From contig CBDAVB010000003.1 of NCBI GenBank assembly GCA_965200795.1, positions 110,859 to 174,858 on the forward strand: 64,000 bases of DNA, given 5' to 3'. This stretch comes from Parashewanella sp. (GTDB lineage: Bacteria; Pseudomonadota; Gammaproteobacteria; Enterobacterales; Shewanellaceae). The position numbers and the translations under genes are program-made. The notes beneath the pieces were generated by a model. The model made no database searches, was not told the origin of the DNA, and saw nothing but the letters and a program-made list of their open reading frames with translations. Below, one piece after another: positions 9,003 to 20,161 of the stretch; positions within the stretch are counted from its first letter, which is position 1, and each line of letters starts with the position of its first letter.

Positions 9003-9017
9003 TCCCGTCCTCCCGGG

Positions 9018-9521
9018 TTAATGTTTGCTCAATGCCGCGGCCGCCATAAGTAACTTACGGTTTTTAGAGTCAGATATAAGGGTTTTCCAAAAAATCTTCC
9101 CGTCTTTAGTTATGAAAAAAGTCGTGGGTGTCACTTTTACACCATAAGCTTTAGCCGCCGACTCACCGTTGACCAGTGTCGGAAAGTCAATTCCTCTGTC
9201 GGTCAGTACTTTTTGCGGATCAGCGCCTTTATCTTCTTTAAAAGAAATACCGATAACCCGGATTTTGTGATTTCCGTTCGCGTCTTTGAATTTATTGTAA
9301 ATTTTATTCAGACCGGGCTGTAATTTCTCACAGTACGGACACCATGTCGCCCAAAACTGGATGATTAACGGTTTACCACGATAATCCTTGAGTGTATGAA
9401 CTTTCCCCGCCGCATCCTTCAGGGAGAAATCAGGCGCCGGTTTTAAGACTTCAGAGGCCGCGGCGTTTAAGCAAATTAGCATTAAAGCGGATGCAAAAAA
9501 GCATTTAATCAGGTTTTTCAT
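9018..9521 (-). CDS. exported TlpA/redoxin-family thiol:disulfide oxidoreductase
   Basis: 167 aa with a signal peptide (MKNLIKCFFASALMLICLNAAAS). It has the thioredoxin-fold active site WATWCPYC and the typical TlpA-like context (KPLIIQFWATWCPYCEK...GISF...). Confidence 0.8.
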   Translation of the reverse strand: MKNLIKCFFASALMLICLNAAASEVLKPAPDFSLKDAAGKVHTLKDYRGKPLIIQFWATWCPYCEKLQPGLNKIYNKFKDANGNHKIRVIGISFKEDKGADPQKVLTDRGIDFPTLVNGESAAKAYGVKVTPTTFFITKDGKIFWKTLISDSKNRKLLMAAAALSKH

Positions 9522-9763
9522 GTCACTACTTCAATAATTGTTGCCGGTTAACTTAGGTTTCTAATATCTCAGACTTTTTCCGGTTTGTTCGGAACGAAAT
9601 AATATAAGTTATTCAATAAGCTGATATCAGAAACGAAAAGTTAAGTAACCGGCGATAAGTCTTTACCACTGCGGCGAAGGCCGGAGTGACCGCCTGGCCG
9701 GTGCGCTCTCTTCTGCCGCGCTCCTTATTGACAGTAACAATTTCTGTGAATTTGATTAGCCGT

Positions 9764-11425
9764 TTAACGTTCAGGTTCAGCTTCAGGCATTTTGCGCTCC
9801 GTGACTTTACTGATCAGCTCCTTACGGGAAATTCGCTGACCAAACAAGGTTTCTAAGTTGCGTTCGAAAGAGCGGCTTTGTTCATTGACGATGAAGCGCT
9901 CAAAAAATAAACGCAGTTTGTTTTCTTTTTGCGCGTATTGCAGTAAATAGTCCGCCAGATCACGCTGCCATCGTTCAGCGTAATAATCCGGACCCTGGTC
10001 TATCATGCCTGAGAAACCCAGCAGGTAATTATCAAGTTCTTTAAATTGCCTCAAGTCCGGGGTTAAATCCGCGAACCGGGCGCTGGTTGTTAATTCCCGG
10101 TCTTTGCCGTAAAAGTCCAAAGCGATTTTCGCTCTTAAAAGACTCAGCCGCTCAAGGTATTTCCCGGCTGCTTTGTTCGCTGGTGATGCTTCCGCTTTTA
10201 TCGTTTTCTGGGTCAGGAGATCAGCTAACCAAAATTGAGCGACGGATTGATGATCATTATCGCTGATAAAATCATTGGTCAGATAATTTTCGGATGATTT
10301 AAGAAAAACCGAAAGCACACCGGCTAGCTGACTGATAAGTTGTTTTTTTTGTTTTACGGACGTCAGTTGTTTGTTTAAAAATAACCCGGCTTGTCCGAAT
10401 TGGTATCCAAGTACGGGAAATCTGATTATTTCAGCCGCCTGTCTGCCTTTTTGTTGATAAATCAGATTAATATCACCGAGAAGATGATGTTTATACCACA
10501 ATCTGACAACTTGGTTGTCGATATAATCATAACGAACACCAAAACAACTTAATTGAGATAATGCCCTGAGTAGCACAGAGCTGCCTTGTTCTTTGACGGT
10601 ATTCTCCGGCGCTTTTTTTATTTTTTTTAACTGGTAGCCGATGTTCCAGGGAAGAGGGACTAAGCGGCTGAATTTTCCGTTCAGGTATCGCAGTACGAGG
10701 TCAGGCGAATTTAAGTAATTATTCGCCAGAGCAAAGCGGGTATAATCGGCGTAGCCGTGATTTTTAGCCTGCTCCCGGCGAATGCCCCGTATCTCATTCA
10801 ATGCTTTTTTTATGTAGGGGCGGTCATAGTATCTTGCCCATACCGCTTTGCGGCATGCCTCATCAGGCTGGTTAAGCAGGTATCCGGCAACTGAAATATC
10901 TTCGCCGTTACCGAATGTATGCTCGCCGTTCAGATAACACCGGGTATTTACGTTAATCGTGTCAGCTCTTGGCGCGAGATTACCGCGGAAAATCGCTTCC
11001 ATGGTTCTTAATTTCGTAAGTTGCTCTCGCGCAAGCATTCGCTGCTCGGAAATCCGCAATTGCTGAGCTAATTTCTTAAATCGTATTTCGGGAGATGTTT
11101 TTAACTCCTGAATGAAGCTGTCCGCTGTTTGTGAGATAAGGAAGTTCCTCCAGACTTTTGACAGATTCATCTGGCAGCGGACAAGCTGCTCAGTGGTCGC
11201 GGAGTCTAACGGAAATCGGCGCAGGTAATTTAAACTGTCACTGATGTTATGGATTGTCAGACTCTGCAGCTCAAACCGGCGCTGTTTCGCGGCTAAGTCA
11301 CGCGAACCTGAAAGCTCTATCGCTGATACGTTTTCACATTGATCGTAAAGTATGCCGGCCAGCGAGTAGGCGTGAGCATTTAACGACAGCAGTAAGAAAA
11401 ACGAGCCGAAAAGATATTTTGCCAT
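9764..11425 (-). CDS. exported M3-peptidase-like (oligopeptidase A/Dcp-like) protein lacking the HExxH zinc motif
   Basis: 553 aa with a signal peptide. Blocks resemble M3 peptidases as I recall them: VWARYYDR..., HGYADYTRFALANNYLNSPDLVLRYL, and GPDYYAERWQRDLADYLL (compare GYYSYLWAEVL). No HExxH occurs anywhere in the protein. The position where it is expected reads LISQLAGVLSVFL. Confidence 0.5.
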   Translation of the reverse strand: MAKYLFGSFFLLLSLNAHAYSLAGILYDQCENVSAIELSGSRDLAAKQRRFELQSLTIHNISDSLNYLRRFPLDSATTEQLVRCQMNLSKVWRNFLISQTADSFIQELKTSPEIRFKKLAQQLRISEQRMLAREQLTKLRTMEAIFRGNLAPRADTINVNTRCYLNGEHTFGNGEDISVAGYLLNQPDEACRKAVWARYYDRPYIKKALNEIRGIRREQAKNHGYADYTRFALANNYLNSPDLVLRYLNGKFSRLVPLPWNIGYQLKKIKKAPENTVKEQGSSVLLRALSQLSCFGVRYDYIDNQVVRLWYKHHLLGDINLIYQQKGRQAAEIIRFPVLGYQFGQAGLFLNKQLTSVKQKKQLISQLAGVLSVFLKSSENYLTNDFISDNDHQSVAQFWLADLLTQKTIKAEASPANKAAGKYLERLSLLRAKIALDFYGKDRELTTSARFADLTPDLRQFKELDNYLLGFSGMIDQGPDYYAERWQRDLADYLLQYAQKENKLRLFFERFIVNEQSRSFERNLETLFGQRISRKELISKVTERKMPEAEPER

Positions 11426-11536
11426 TACAAGTGATATCGCGGTAAAAAACGCTAGGGTATATTGAAAAACAGACAGTTAAAAGCATAGGGTGTAAATTTT
11501 TATCGCGGAACGTTACACCCCGCGAATAAATAAAAA

Positions 11537-12532
11537 TTATTTCCGGTCGTGATCCGGCTCATTTTTGGTGGCGATAATGGCCGCTCTCACCGGGGCGGGG
11601 TAACCCTCAATCGTTCTCGTAATGTCATTAGGATCGAGATAATCAACCAGGGATTCATTTCTCATCCAGTCGGTTCTTCTCTGCTCAGCCAGTGAGGTGG
11701 TATCAACATCAACACAGCGAACATCGATAAAGTCACACTTTTCTAACCATCCGGTTAACGCCTTTACAGACGGAAGGAACCAGACATTGTTCATCTTGGC
11801 GTAGCGATTTTCCGGTACGATTACCGTGTTTTCATCACCTTCGACAACTAAGGTTTCCAGTACCAGTTCGCCGCCCGTACGCAATTGATCTCTTAATTGG
11901 AAAATATGGTCGATGGGAGAACGACGATGATAAAGCACGCCCATAGAAAATACGGTATCAAAGGCATCAAGCGGCGGTAATTCTTCGATGCCTAACGGTA
12001 ATAAATGAATCGGCAGGACAGGGCGGTTTGTCAGACGTTTGATCGCCTCAAACTGACATAAAAACAAGCTTGACGGATCAATGCCGACCACGCGTTTAGC
12101 CTTCTCACCGAGCATACGCCACATGTGGTAACCGCTGCCGCAGCCGACGTCTAAAACGGTACGATTTTTTAACGGCGTGATATGAGGACTGACCCGATCC
12201 CATTTCCAGTCACTGCGCCATTCGGTATCAATATGAATGCCGTGAACATCAAACGGGCCTTTTCTCCAAGGGTGGAAAAGCCGCAGTAAGTTTTCTAATT
12301 TTTCTTTTTCACCCTCTGATAACTGCTCACCGGTGCCGATGGTGACGCTGTTTTTGAAATCGATTGTGTCAGGCGCCGGGTAATTGAGCTTTTTTAATAT
12401 TTTTTCCCATTTAGGTAAATTACCGTGCTTATGACAGCGCTGCCAGTCGCCTAAAACTGACGGAACGGTCTCTAACCAGTGATTAAGATTAGAGTCAGCA
12501 ATCTGCTGATAAAAAGAGGTAAAAGAAATCAT
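11537..12532 (-). CDS. cmoB: tRNA U34 carboxymethyltransferase
   Basis: 331 aa, colinear with E. coli CmoB. Motifs include [43 protein letters not shown] and GYPAP. It overlaps cmoA by 4 bp. Confidence 0.93.
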   Translation of the reverse strand: MISFTSFYQQIADSNLNHWLETVPSVLGDWQRCHKHGNLPKWEKILKKLNYPAPDTIDFKNSVTIGTGEQLSEGEKEKLENLLRLFHPWRKGPFDVHGIHIDTEWRSDWKWDRVSPHITPLKNRTVLDVGCGSGYHMWRMLGEKAKRVVGIDPSSLFLCQFEAIKRLTNRPVLPIHLLPLGIEELPPLDAFDTVFSMGVLYHRRSPIDHIFQLRDQLRTGGELVLETLVVEGDENTVIVPENRYAKMNNVWFLPSVKALTGWLEKCDFIDVRCVDVDTTSLAEQRRTDWMRNESLVDYLDPNDITRTIEGYPAPVRAAIIATKNEPDHDRK

Positions 12533-13260
12533 TTAATCGCTACCATTGACGCAAAGTTGAGACACTGGAACCACAAATCAGCCTGTGAGAAACCGCATGC
12601 ATTCAGACGCGCTATGTGCGCCTCAGCGGTTTCCGTAAGCATCACATCTTCTAAAGCGGTTCGCTTTTGGCTGATTTCTAATTCACTGTAGCCGTTAGCT
12701 CTTTTGAAATCGAGGTGCAGTTCGTCAAGCAAATGGTGAATTGCGGGTTTGCCGAAGTTAAGTTTTTCTGACAATACCAGTACACCGCCGCGGACAAGTC
12801 CTTTATAGATTTTAGTCAGCAGCTGCTTTCTGGCGCGGGGCTCTAAAAACTGCAGTGTGAAGTTTAAAACCACCACCGAAGCGTCGGTAATTTCTATGTC
12901 ATTAATATCCGCGCAGACTAAGTCAACAGGAACATTACTCCGATAGGCGTTAATGTGTTCCCGGCAGCGTCGGATCATTGACTCACTGTTATCCACGGCG
13001 ATGATTCTCACATTGTCAGCGGTAATTGTCCGGCGCATGCTGATTGTCGCGTTACCCAGAGAGCATCCTAAATCATAGAGACGGGTATTTTCTTGCGCGC
13101 GCTTGGCCGCAATATCACCGATTGTCGAAATAATTTGCTCATAATTAGGGATTGAGCGGCGAATCATGTCATCAAATACACCGGCTACATTGCTGTCAAA
13201 CTTAAACTTATCGATGTTAGAGCGGGGACGCGCGTAGATTTTATCCTTAGAGTGAGCCAT
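12529..13260 (-). CDS. cmoA: carboxy-S-adenosyl-L-methionine synthase
   Basis: 243 aa. Motifs include [33 protein letters not shown] and LWFQCLNF, as in E. coli CmoA. Confidence 0.93.
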   Translation of the reverse strand: MAHSKDKIYARPRSNIDKFKFDSNVAGVFDDMIRRSIPNYEQIISTIGDIAAKRAQENTRLYDLGCSLGNATISMRRTITADNVRIIAVDNSESMIRRCREHINAYRSNVPVDLVCADINDIEITDASVVVLNFTLQFLEPRARKQLLTKIYKGLVRGGVLVLSEKLNFGKPAIHHLLDELHLDFKRANGYSELEISQKRTALEDVMLTETAEAHIARLNACGFSQADLWFQCLNFASMVAIK

Positions 13261-13411
13261 AGATAAAAAATTAATAAAATATAAATCACTATTTTATCGG
13301 ACTGATAAGGATTCCGGCAAGCACAAGGGCTGGTATTCTGGATGAAAATCTTGTCTAATACATTTTTACAACATTTATTTCACATGTGATTGCGCGCTTA
13401 AAGGAACGGCC

Positions 13412-16210
13412 TTGAAGACATTTATCCGGTTATTATCCCTGTGTTGTACCTTGTTAGCATCAGCTTACTGCTATTCAGGTCAATCTCCTCTGATTATCGC
13501 TGTCGGCAAGGACAGTTTTCCGTTTCAGTATAAAAATGACATGGGTAAGGCCGACGGGTACCTCGTCGACTTATGGAAGGCATGGAGCGACTCAACAGGC
13601 CAGCCGGTAAAATTTGTTGTGACAACCTGGCCTCAGAGCCTTGAGCTGGTGAAAACAGGAAAAGCCGATATACACGCGGGTATGGCAAAAACACCCTCCA
13701 GAACTTCGGATTTTATTTTCAGTGAGCCGTTAGTTGAGGCCGCGACGTATTTATACGTTCACCGTTTAGCCGATCATGTTCAAGCCGCAAATGATCTTAA
13801 GGGGTATACCATCGGAGTCGTGAGAGACTCCGCCCATAACTCATTTATTTCTAAAGTGATATCTGATGCGAGTTATCGTGAATTTTCCTCCAGGGCTGAA
13901 TTACTCGACGCGGCGGCTGATGGTGAGATTTTAATATTCGCCGGATTAGACGGCTATTTAAGAGAACGCTCAAGACAGGATGACATAGAAAGTCTCTTTT
14001 CGTTCGAGAACAGAATTAAAATCTCAGAGGCCGCGCTTCAGCCGGCGGTGAACAAATCTAGTGTGTCCTTAAAAAAAATGATTGATGAAGGTTTTCAACG
14101 TTTGTCTCAGGAAACACAACAGCGGATTAAACACAGTTGGTTAGGATTCGGCAAGCATTTAAGCGGTATAAGCGTGGCGTTGCCAAATAACAATGAACCT
14201 TTCTCTGATGTTGGCGCTAACGCGATTCCGCATGGGTTTTACATCGATCTTTGGCGGGCATGGTCACAATCCGCTGACACCGACGTGAATTTTATTTTTT
14301 ATGACGGAGAATCAGGACTTGAAGCCCTGAAAGAAGGTGATATAGAGGTTGTTATTGGTCACTTCGAATTCTCAGCTGATGATAAGCTGGCGAATGCTTG
14401 GAAGATCAATCAGGTAAAACATCGTTTGTTCTTGCGTAAAAAGAAAGCGCCGCCTTCTGAGAATACAGAAAATCTTCTTATCGGCGCGATTTCAGGATCA
14501 GGTTACCTCAGTAAGATTAAACAGCGACTGCCGTCAGCGGAACTCAGGCTGTTTGATAACGCGGATAACATGCTCCAAGCCTGTACTGACGGAAAACTTG
14601 ACGGTTTTATCGCCCCTGCCGCTTCGGCTCAGCACAGGCTGGTGGTAAAAGATATCTGGTCAGCGTTTTATCAAATTCCGGATATTGAGTTCATCGAGCC
14701 AATTTATGCCGTTATTCAGAAAGAAAACCCGGGCTTGCAAAGAAAGCTGGTCGAAGGATTTAACCAGCTGGCTTACAGCAAGTTGGCGGATATCGAAAAA
14801 AAATGGGTGTTGAATCCGGCGGATAGGGTTCATCTGATTTCTGATACCATTCTCAGCTTATCCGCTGATCAGATTGACTACCTGGATAAGCTGCCGGAAC
14901 TTAAGCTGGGCTATTTAAAAAACTGGAAACCAGTCGAGTTCCGGGACAGCGAAGGTAATTTTAACGGTATTAATTATGAAGTTATTGAACACATTCGTGA
15001 ACATTTAAAACTCAGGTTTAAAGCGGTAGCCTATGATAACTGGCCCGCTTTACTCAATGCCTTAAAAAACGGCGATGTTGATATTGCGGGCAGTGTCGCG
15101 AAATCTAATCTTCGTGAAAAGGATATCGTATTTACCAGAGCCTACTGGCCGACTTCCTGGGCCATTGTATCGCGATTTGAACACGCGGGACTGTTCAGTT
15201 TAAACCAGCTGTTAACTTTAAAAATTGCGGTCGTAAAAGGTTACGATGTCAAAGATAAACTTATCGCTAAGTCGCCTTCTGTAAAGATATTAGAAGTGGA
15301 TGACACCAAAACAGGCGTCGAGGCGGTCGTCGACGGAAACGCGGATGTTTTTATCAATAAATTAATTACGTTAGCTTCATTGGTAAAAAATGAAGGTTAT
15401 CACGACTTAAATTTGTCGCTTTTACCTGAAATCTCAACACAGCAGAGTCACTTCGGCGTTAATCCTGAATACAAAGAGTTAGTGCCGCTATTGAATATAG
15501 CGATAACTCAGTTAGATCAAAGTAAAAAACAGGAGATCTATTTGCGTTGGATTCCTGACGCGAATTTAAGTGAGCATTACAGGTATCGCCGCTGGTTTTC
15601 ATACATGACAGGTATTCTGGCTATCGTGCTGCTGAGTTTTATCACTTATTGGCAAATGAACAGAAAGGTTCAAAAAGAACGTGTTAAGCGTCATCGAGTG
15701 GAAGAAAGAATTCAATATCTGAATACTCATGATAACTTAACGGGTTTACTTAACCGCAGACTGCTTGATGACAGATTAACCAGCGCGGTTTTAACCCACA
15801 GCCGCGAGCAGACTCGCTTTGCGGTGATGTTCATCGGTTTGGATAACTTTAAATTAGTCAATGAAATCAAAGGTTATCAAAGCGGGGATAAATTGCTGAT
15901 AGGTGTCGCCAACGCCCTGGCCGGAACGATAAGAAGGTCGGATACCTTAGCAAGGTTCGGCAATGATGAATTTGTGCTTGTGCTTAACCGGGCGCAAGAA
16001 TTTGACGCCGTATGTCAAGTGGCTGAGAATGCGCTGGCGGCGCTAAACCGAGTCATGGAGGCGCAGGTTCCTGATATCCACGTAACCGCAAGTATCGGTA
16101 TCGCATTTTATCCGATGGACGCGGATAACCCGATTGAACTTCTCAGGCAAGCTGACAAGTTGATGCGCGTAGCGAAAGAAAATCCGGAAAGCAGCTATAT
16201 GACAAGCTAA
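13412..16210 (+). CDS. membrane sensor protein: tandem periplasmic solute-binding (PBPb-like) modules, one TM segment, C-terminal GGDEF-family domain with a GNDEF motif
   Basis: 932 aa. The start is TTG with an AAGGAA SD, followed by a signal peptide. There are three repeated SBP-like segments (GY..DLW.AW motif twice) and a TM segment (WFSYMTGILAIVLLSFITYW). The domain then runs NTHDNLTGLLNRR...RRSDTLARFGNDEFVLVL. Confidence 0.8.
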   Translation: MKTFIRLLSLCCTLLASAYCYSGQSPLIIAVGKDSFPFQYKNDMGKADGYLVDLWKAWSDSTGQPVKFVVTTWPQSLELVKTGKADIHAGMAKTPSRTSDFIFSEPLVEAATYLYVHRLADHVQAANDLKGYTIGVVRDSAHNSFISKVISDASYREFSSRAELLDAAADGEILIFAGLDGYLRERSRQDDIESLFSFENRIKISEAALQPAVNKSSVSLKKMIDEGFQRLSQETQQRIKHSWLGFGKHLSGISVALPNNNEPFSDVGANAIPHGFYIDLWRAWSQSADTDVNFIFYDGESGLEALKEGDIEVVIGHFEFSADDKLANAWKINQVKHRLFLRKKKAPPSENTENLLIGAISGSGYLSKIKQRLPSAELRLFDNADNMLQACTDGKLDGFIAPAASAQHRLVVKDIWSAFYQIPDIEFIEPIYAVIQKENPGLQRKLVEGFNQLAYSKLADIEKKWVLNPADRVHLISDTILSLSADQIDYLDKLPELKLGYLKNWKPVEFRDSEGNFNGINYEVIEHIREHLKLRFKAVAYDNWPALLNALKNGDVDIAGSVAKSNLREKDIVFTRAYWPTSWAIVSRFEHAGLFSLNQLLTLKIAVVKGYDVKDKLIAKSPSVKILEVDDTKTGVEAVVDGNADVFINKLITLASLVKNEGYHDLNLSLLPEISTQQSHFGVNPEYKELVPLLNIAITQLDQSKKQEIYLRWIPDANLSEHYRYRRWFSYMTGILAIVLLSFITYWQMNRKVQKERVKRHRVEERIQYLNTHDNLTGLLNRRLLDDRLTSAVLTHSREQTRFAVMFIGLDNFKLVNEIKGYQSGDKLLIGVANALAGTIRRSDTLARFGNDEFVLVLNRAQEFDAVCQVAENALAALNRVMEAQVPDIHVTASIGIAFYPMDADNPIELLRQADKLMRVAKENPESSYMTS

Positions 16211-16280
16211 GATCAAAAGCTTGCATCGCACAATCCCCGCGAACTTGATTGAACATTGGCCGGCCGGTCCGATATTTACT

Positions 16281-16308
16281 TTGGTTAGCGGCATTATTTC
16301 ACTATAAT
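16281..16308 (+). promoter_or_regulatory. candidate sigma70 promoter for aspS
   Basis: TTGGTT (16281-16286), a 16-bp spacer, then a perfect TATAAT (16303-16308), about 60 bp upstream of the aspS ATG. This is a pattern match only. Confidence 0.35.
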
Positions 16309-16367
16309 GACTGACTTTGTCAGGGCACGCCCTTCAGTATCAGTTCATTTCAAAGGATAAAAATTAG

Positions 16368-18143
16368 ATGCGCAGTCATTATTGTGGGAACGTGAATATC
16401 GCTCACGTCGGTCAAGAAGTAACCCTGGTAGGTTGGGTCAACCGCAGCCGCGATCTTGGCGGCGTCGTATTCTTAGACTTAAGGGATCGTGAAGGCTTAA
16501 TTCAGGTTGTTTATGATCCCGATTTACCGCAAGTTTTTGATGCGGCAAGTAGCCTTCGCGCCGAGTTCTGCGTTCAGGTTAAAGGTCTTGTTCGTGCCCG
16601 CCCTGACAGCCAGGTTAACAAAGGCATGAAAACAGGTGAGATCGAAGTTCTCGGTAAAGAGCTGACCATTATCAATAAAGCCGCTCCGTTGCCGTTAAGC
16701 ATGGACGATCATCAAAATAACAGCGAAGAAGCGCGGCTTAAGTACCGTTATTTAGATCTTCGCCGCCCGGAAATGACTGAGCGTTTAATTTTCCGCTCTA
16801 AAGTCACCGGCGCCGTGCGTCGTTTCCTGGATGAAAATGGCTTCTTAGATATTGAAACCCCGATCCTCACTAAGGCTACGCCGGAAGGCGCCCGTGATTA
16901 CCTTGTTCCCAGCCGTACTTATAAAGGCCGGTTCTTCGCGTTGCCTCAGTCTCCGCAGATCTTCAAGCAGTTACTTATGATGTCAGGTTTCGACCGTTAT
17001 TATCAGATCGTAAAATGTTTCCGTGATGAAGATTTACGCGCCGATCGTCAGCCTGAATTTACTCAAATCGATATCGAGACTTCTTTTATGTCATCCGGGC
17101 AAGTAATGGCGAAAACGGAAGACATGGTTCGTAAGCTTTTTTCAGAACTTCTTAACGTCGATTTAGGCGAGTTTCCCCGCATGAGCTACGAAGAAGCGAT
17201 GCGTCGATTTGGTTCTGATAAGCCTGACCTGCGCAATCCGCTTGAATTGGTTGATATCGCGGATCTAGTTAAAGACGTCGAATTTGCCGTGTTTAAAGTT
17301 CCGGCGAATGATCCGCAAGGTCGTGTAACGGCACTTCGTATTCCGGCGGGGGCTAAATTATCCCGTAAGCAAATTGATGAGTACGCTAAATACGTTGGTA
17401 TCTACGGCGCTAAAGGTCTGGCGTGGATGAAAGTGAATGACCCGGATGCGGGAGCGGAGGGGATTCAATCGCCGATTCTTAAGTTTTTATCTGAAGATAT
17501 TGTTCAAGCCGTCGTTGAGCGCACTCTGGCCCGGGCCGGCGACATCATTCTATTTGGCGCCGGCAACACAACCACAGTGGCTGAAGCGATGGGCGCGCTT
17601 CGTTTGAAAGCGGGTGAAGATTTTGATTTGCTTCAAGGTGAGTGGAAACCGCTCTGGGTCGTTGATTTCCCGATGTTTGAAAAACACAACGGCAGTCTTC
17701 ACGCCGTTCACCATCCGTTTACCGCTCCGCGCGGCATTACCGCGGAGCAGTTAGAGGCGGATCCAGCCAGTCAGGTATCTGACGCTTATGATATGGTGCT
17801 TAACGGCTGTGAACTCGGCGGCGGTTCAGTGCGGATTCATGACGCTGAAATGCAGGCCGCGGTATTCCGGATTCTCGGTATTTCTGATGAAGAAGCGAAA
17901 GAAAAATTCGGATTCTTACTCGAAGCGTTACGCTACGGTACGCCTCCGCACGCGGGTTTAGCATTTGGTCTTGACCGTATCGTCATGTTAATGACCGGCG
18001 CTCAATCGATTCGCGATGTAATGGCGTTCCCGAAAACGACCACAGCGGCTTGCCCGTTAACCGATGCTCCGGGCTTTGCTAACCCTGAACAATTGAAAGA
18101 ACTCGGTATTGAAACCCTTGCCAAAGAAACCGGAGCAGAGTAA
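16368..18143 (+). CDS. aspS: aspartate--tRNA ligase
   Basis: 591 aa, class IIb aaRS. It has the N-terminal OB fold ([26 protein letters not shown]), [34 protein letters not shown] and motif 3 GLAFGLDR. Confidence 0.96.
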   Translation: MRSHYCGNVNIAHVGQEVTLVGWVNRSRDLGGVVFLDLRDREGLIQVVYDPDLPQVFDAASSLRAEFCVQVKGLVRARPDSQVNKGMKTGEIEVLGKELTIINKAAPLPLSMDDHQNNSEEARLKYRYLDLRRPEMTERLIFRSKVTGAVRRFLDENGFLDIETPILTKATPEGARDYLVPSRTYKGRFFALPQSPQIFKQLLMMSGFDRYYQIVKCFRDEDLRADRQPEFTQIDIETSFMSSGQVMAKTEDMVRKLFSELLNVDLGEFPRMSYEEAMRRFGSDKPDLRNPLELVDIADLVKDVEFAVFKVPANDPQGRVTALRIPAGAKLSRKQIDEYAKYVGIYGAKGLAWMKVNDPDAGAEGIQSPILKFLSEDIVQAVVERTLARAGDIILFGAGNTTTVAEAMGALRLKAGEDFDLLQGEWKPLWVVDFPMFEKHNGSLHAVHHPFTAPRGITAEQLEADPASQVSDAYDMVLNGCELGGGSVRIHDAEMQAAVFRILGISDEEAKEKFGFLLEALRYGTPPHAGLAFGLDRIVMLMTGAQSIRDVMAFPKTTTAACPLTDAPGFANPEQLKELGIETLAKETGAE

Positions 18144-18165
18144 AGCTGACTTCATTTCATTAAAT

Positions 18166-18193
18166 ACCGGGGTCTTTGCCTCGGTGTTTTTTT
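18166..18193 (+). terminator. rho-independent terminator after aspS
   Basis: A 7-bp stem ACCGGGG/CCTCGGT (one G-U pair) with a 6-nt loop, followed by G and a T7 run. Confidence 0.6.
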
Positions 18194-18243
18194 AATGGAT
18201 TAAGCTAAGTTAAAATTTATAAAAATTCCGTCAGGAGGTTTGT

Positions 18244-18990
18244 ATGGCCGGACATAGTAAATGGGCTAACATTCGGCACCGTAAAGCGGCGCAGGATGCG
18301 AAGCGAGGAAAAATCTTCACTAAGCTGATTCGTGAGTTGACAGTCGCGGCGAGAGAAAGCGGCTCGGATCCCGATTCTAATCCTCGTTTACGCTCCGCGA
18401 TGGATAAAGCGCTCGGCGCTAACATGACTCGCGATACCATGGAGCGCGCCATCAAACGCGGCGCCGGTGAGCTTGAAGGGCAGCGACTGGAAGTCATCTT
18501 TTATGAAGGTTACGGCCCGGGCGGTACGGCGGTAATGGTGGAAACCATGACGGATAACCGTAATCGTACCGTGACCGGCGTTCGTCACGCATTTAATAAG
18601 TCCGGCGGTAATCTGGGCACGGACGGCTCGGTATCTTATTTGTTTACTGAACAAGGTATTATTTCATTTGCGCCGGGCGCTGATGAAGACGCGTTAATGG
18701 ACGCCGCGCTTGAGGCCGGCGCGGAAGATGTGGTTACCCGTGATGATTCAAGTATCGATGTTATTACAACGCCCGCGGATTTCTATGATATTAAAGATGC
18801 GCTGAAAGCAGCCGGTTTTGAGGCCGCTCATGATGAAATCGCGCAAACCGCCTCGACAAAAGCCGAATTAGACGCGGACACGGCGGCAAAATTTATCCGC
18901 TTAATTGATATGCTTGAAGAACATGATGATGTGCAGGAAGTCTATCATAATGCTGAAATCGCAGATGAAATCATGGAACAATTAGGTTAA
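18244..18990 (+). CDS. yebC: YebC/PmpR-family transcriptional regulator
   Basis: 248 aa with the hallmark N-terminus [31 protein letters not shown]. It sits immediately upstream of ruvC, as in many proteobacteria. Confidence 0.93.
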   Translation: MAGHSKWANIRHRKAAQDAKRGKIFTKLIRELTVAARESGSDPDSNPRLRSAMDKALGANMTRDTMERAIKRGAGELEGQRLEVIFYEGYGPGGTAVMVETMTDNRNRTVTGVRHAFNKSGGNLGTDGSVSYLFTEQGIISFAPGADEDALMDAALEAGAEDVVTRDDSSIDVITTPADFYDIKDALKAAGFEAAHDEIAQTASTKAELDADTAAKFIRLIDMLEEHDDVQEVYHNAEIADEIMEQLG

Positions 18991-19010
18991 ATCAGTTAAT
19001 AAGGCAAGGT

Positions 19011-19532
19011 ATGCCAGTTATTTTAGGCGTCGATCCGGGCTCTCGGATTACAGGTTACGGAGTTATAGAGTGCGCCGGCCGGCGACAGACATATTTAGGT
19101 AGCGGATGTATTCGCACCGGCGGTGACGATTTATCACAACGACTGAAAATCATTTTTGACGGTTTGTCAGAAGTTATCAGGCAATACCAGCCCGGACAAT
19201 TTGCCGTTGAACGCGTTTTTATGGCTAAAAATGCCGATTCAGCTCTTAAGCTCGGGCAAGCGAGAGGCGCCGCGATTGTTGCCGCTACTCATTCTGATTT
19301 ACCCGTCGCGGAATATTCCGCCACGCAAATTAAAAATGCCGTGGTCGGAACCGGGCGGGCAAAAAAAGAGCAGGTTCAGCACATGGTACAGCATCTTTTG
19401 AAGCTGCCCGCCGCGCCGCAGGCCGACGCGGCGGATGCGTTAGGCGTCGCTTTATGCCATTATCACACAATACAGAGTCTGGCTGCGATGTCAGGGCAGG
19501 CAAAATCAAGAACATACGGAAGATATAAATGA
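19011..19532 (+). CDS. ruvC: crossover junction endodeoxyribonuclease RuvC
   Basis: 173 aa. Motifs include [37 protein letters not shown] and [13 protein letters not shown]. Confidence 0.95.
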   Translation: MPVILGVDPGSRITGYGVIECAGRRQTYLGSGCIRTGGDDLSQRLKIIFDGLSEVIRQYQPGQFAVERVFMAKNADSALKLGQARGAAIVAATHSDLPVAEYSATQIKNAVVGTGRAKKEQVQHMVQHLLKLPAAPQADAADALGVALCHYHTIQSLAAMSGQAKSRTYGRYK

Positions 19533-20137
19533 TAGCCAGAATTGCGGGAACCTTAATTGAAAAACAAGCGCCTGAAATTTTAATTGACGTGCAAGGAGTG
19601 GGTTATGAGCTTCAGGTTCCTTTAACCTGCTTTTATGAGCTGCCTGAGCTGAATGAAAACGTAGCGTTATTTACCCACTTTGTCGTGCGTGAAGACGCGC
19701 AGCTTTTGTACGGCTTTACCACTAAGCAGGAACGCGCTTTATTTCGTCTTCTGATTAAAACCAATGGCGTCGGCCCTAAGTTGGCTCTGACGATTCTTTC
19801 GGGCATGACGGCGTCTGAATTTGTCGCCTGTGTCGAGCGTGATGACGTCGCGACTCTGGTCAAACTTCCGGGGGTGGGTAAGAAAACCGCCGAGCGTTTA
19901 CTGGTTGAGATGCGTGATAAGCTTAAGAGTTTGATGGAAGCTTCTCAGTGCGGTGAGCGAGAGTTTGTGCTTAAAGCCGATTACGCGGAAGTTAATACTG
20001 CTGAGGAAGACGCTGTCGCCGCCTTACTGGCGCTTGGTTACAAGCCCGCGCAAGCCGGTAAAGCCGTCACCGCCGTTTATCGGGACGGTGTTGACTCACA
20101 GACCCTGATTAAGGCCGCTTTAAAGTCAATGCTTTAA
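19529..20137 (+). CDS. ruvA: Holliday junction branch migration complex subunit RuvA
   Basis: 202 aa. It has MIARIAGTL and the helix-hairpin-helix motifs [12 protein letters not shown] and [12 protein letters not shown]. It overlaps ruvC by 4 bp. Confidence 0.95.
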   Translation: MIARIAGTLIEKQAPEILIDVQGVGYELQVPLTCFYELPELNENVALFTHFVVREDAQLLYGFTTKQERALFRLLIKTNGVGPKLALTILSGMTASEFVACVERDDVATLVKLPGVGKKTAERLLVEMRDKLKSLMEASQCGEREFVLKADYAEVNTAEEDAVAALLALGYKPAQAGKAVTAVYRDGVDSQTLIKAALKSML

Positions 20138-20161
20138 TTGTTAAGTTAAGGACAAAAGAAA

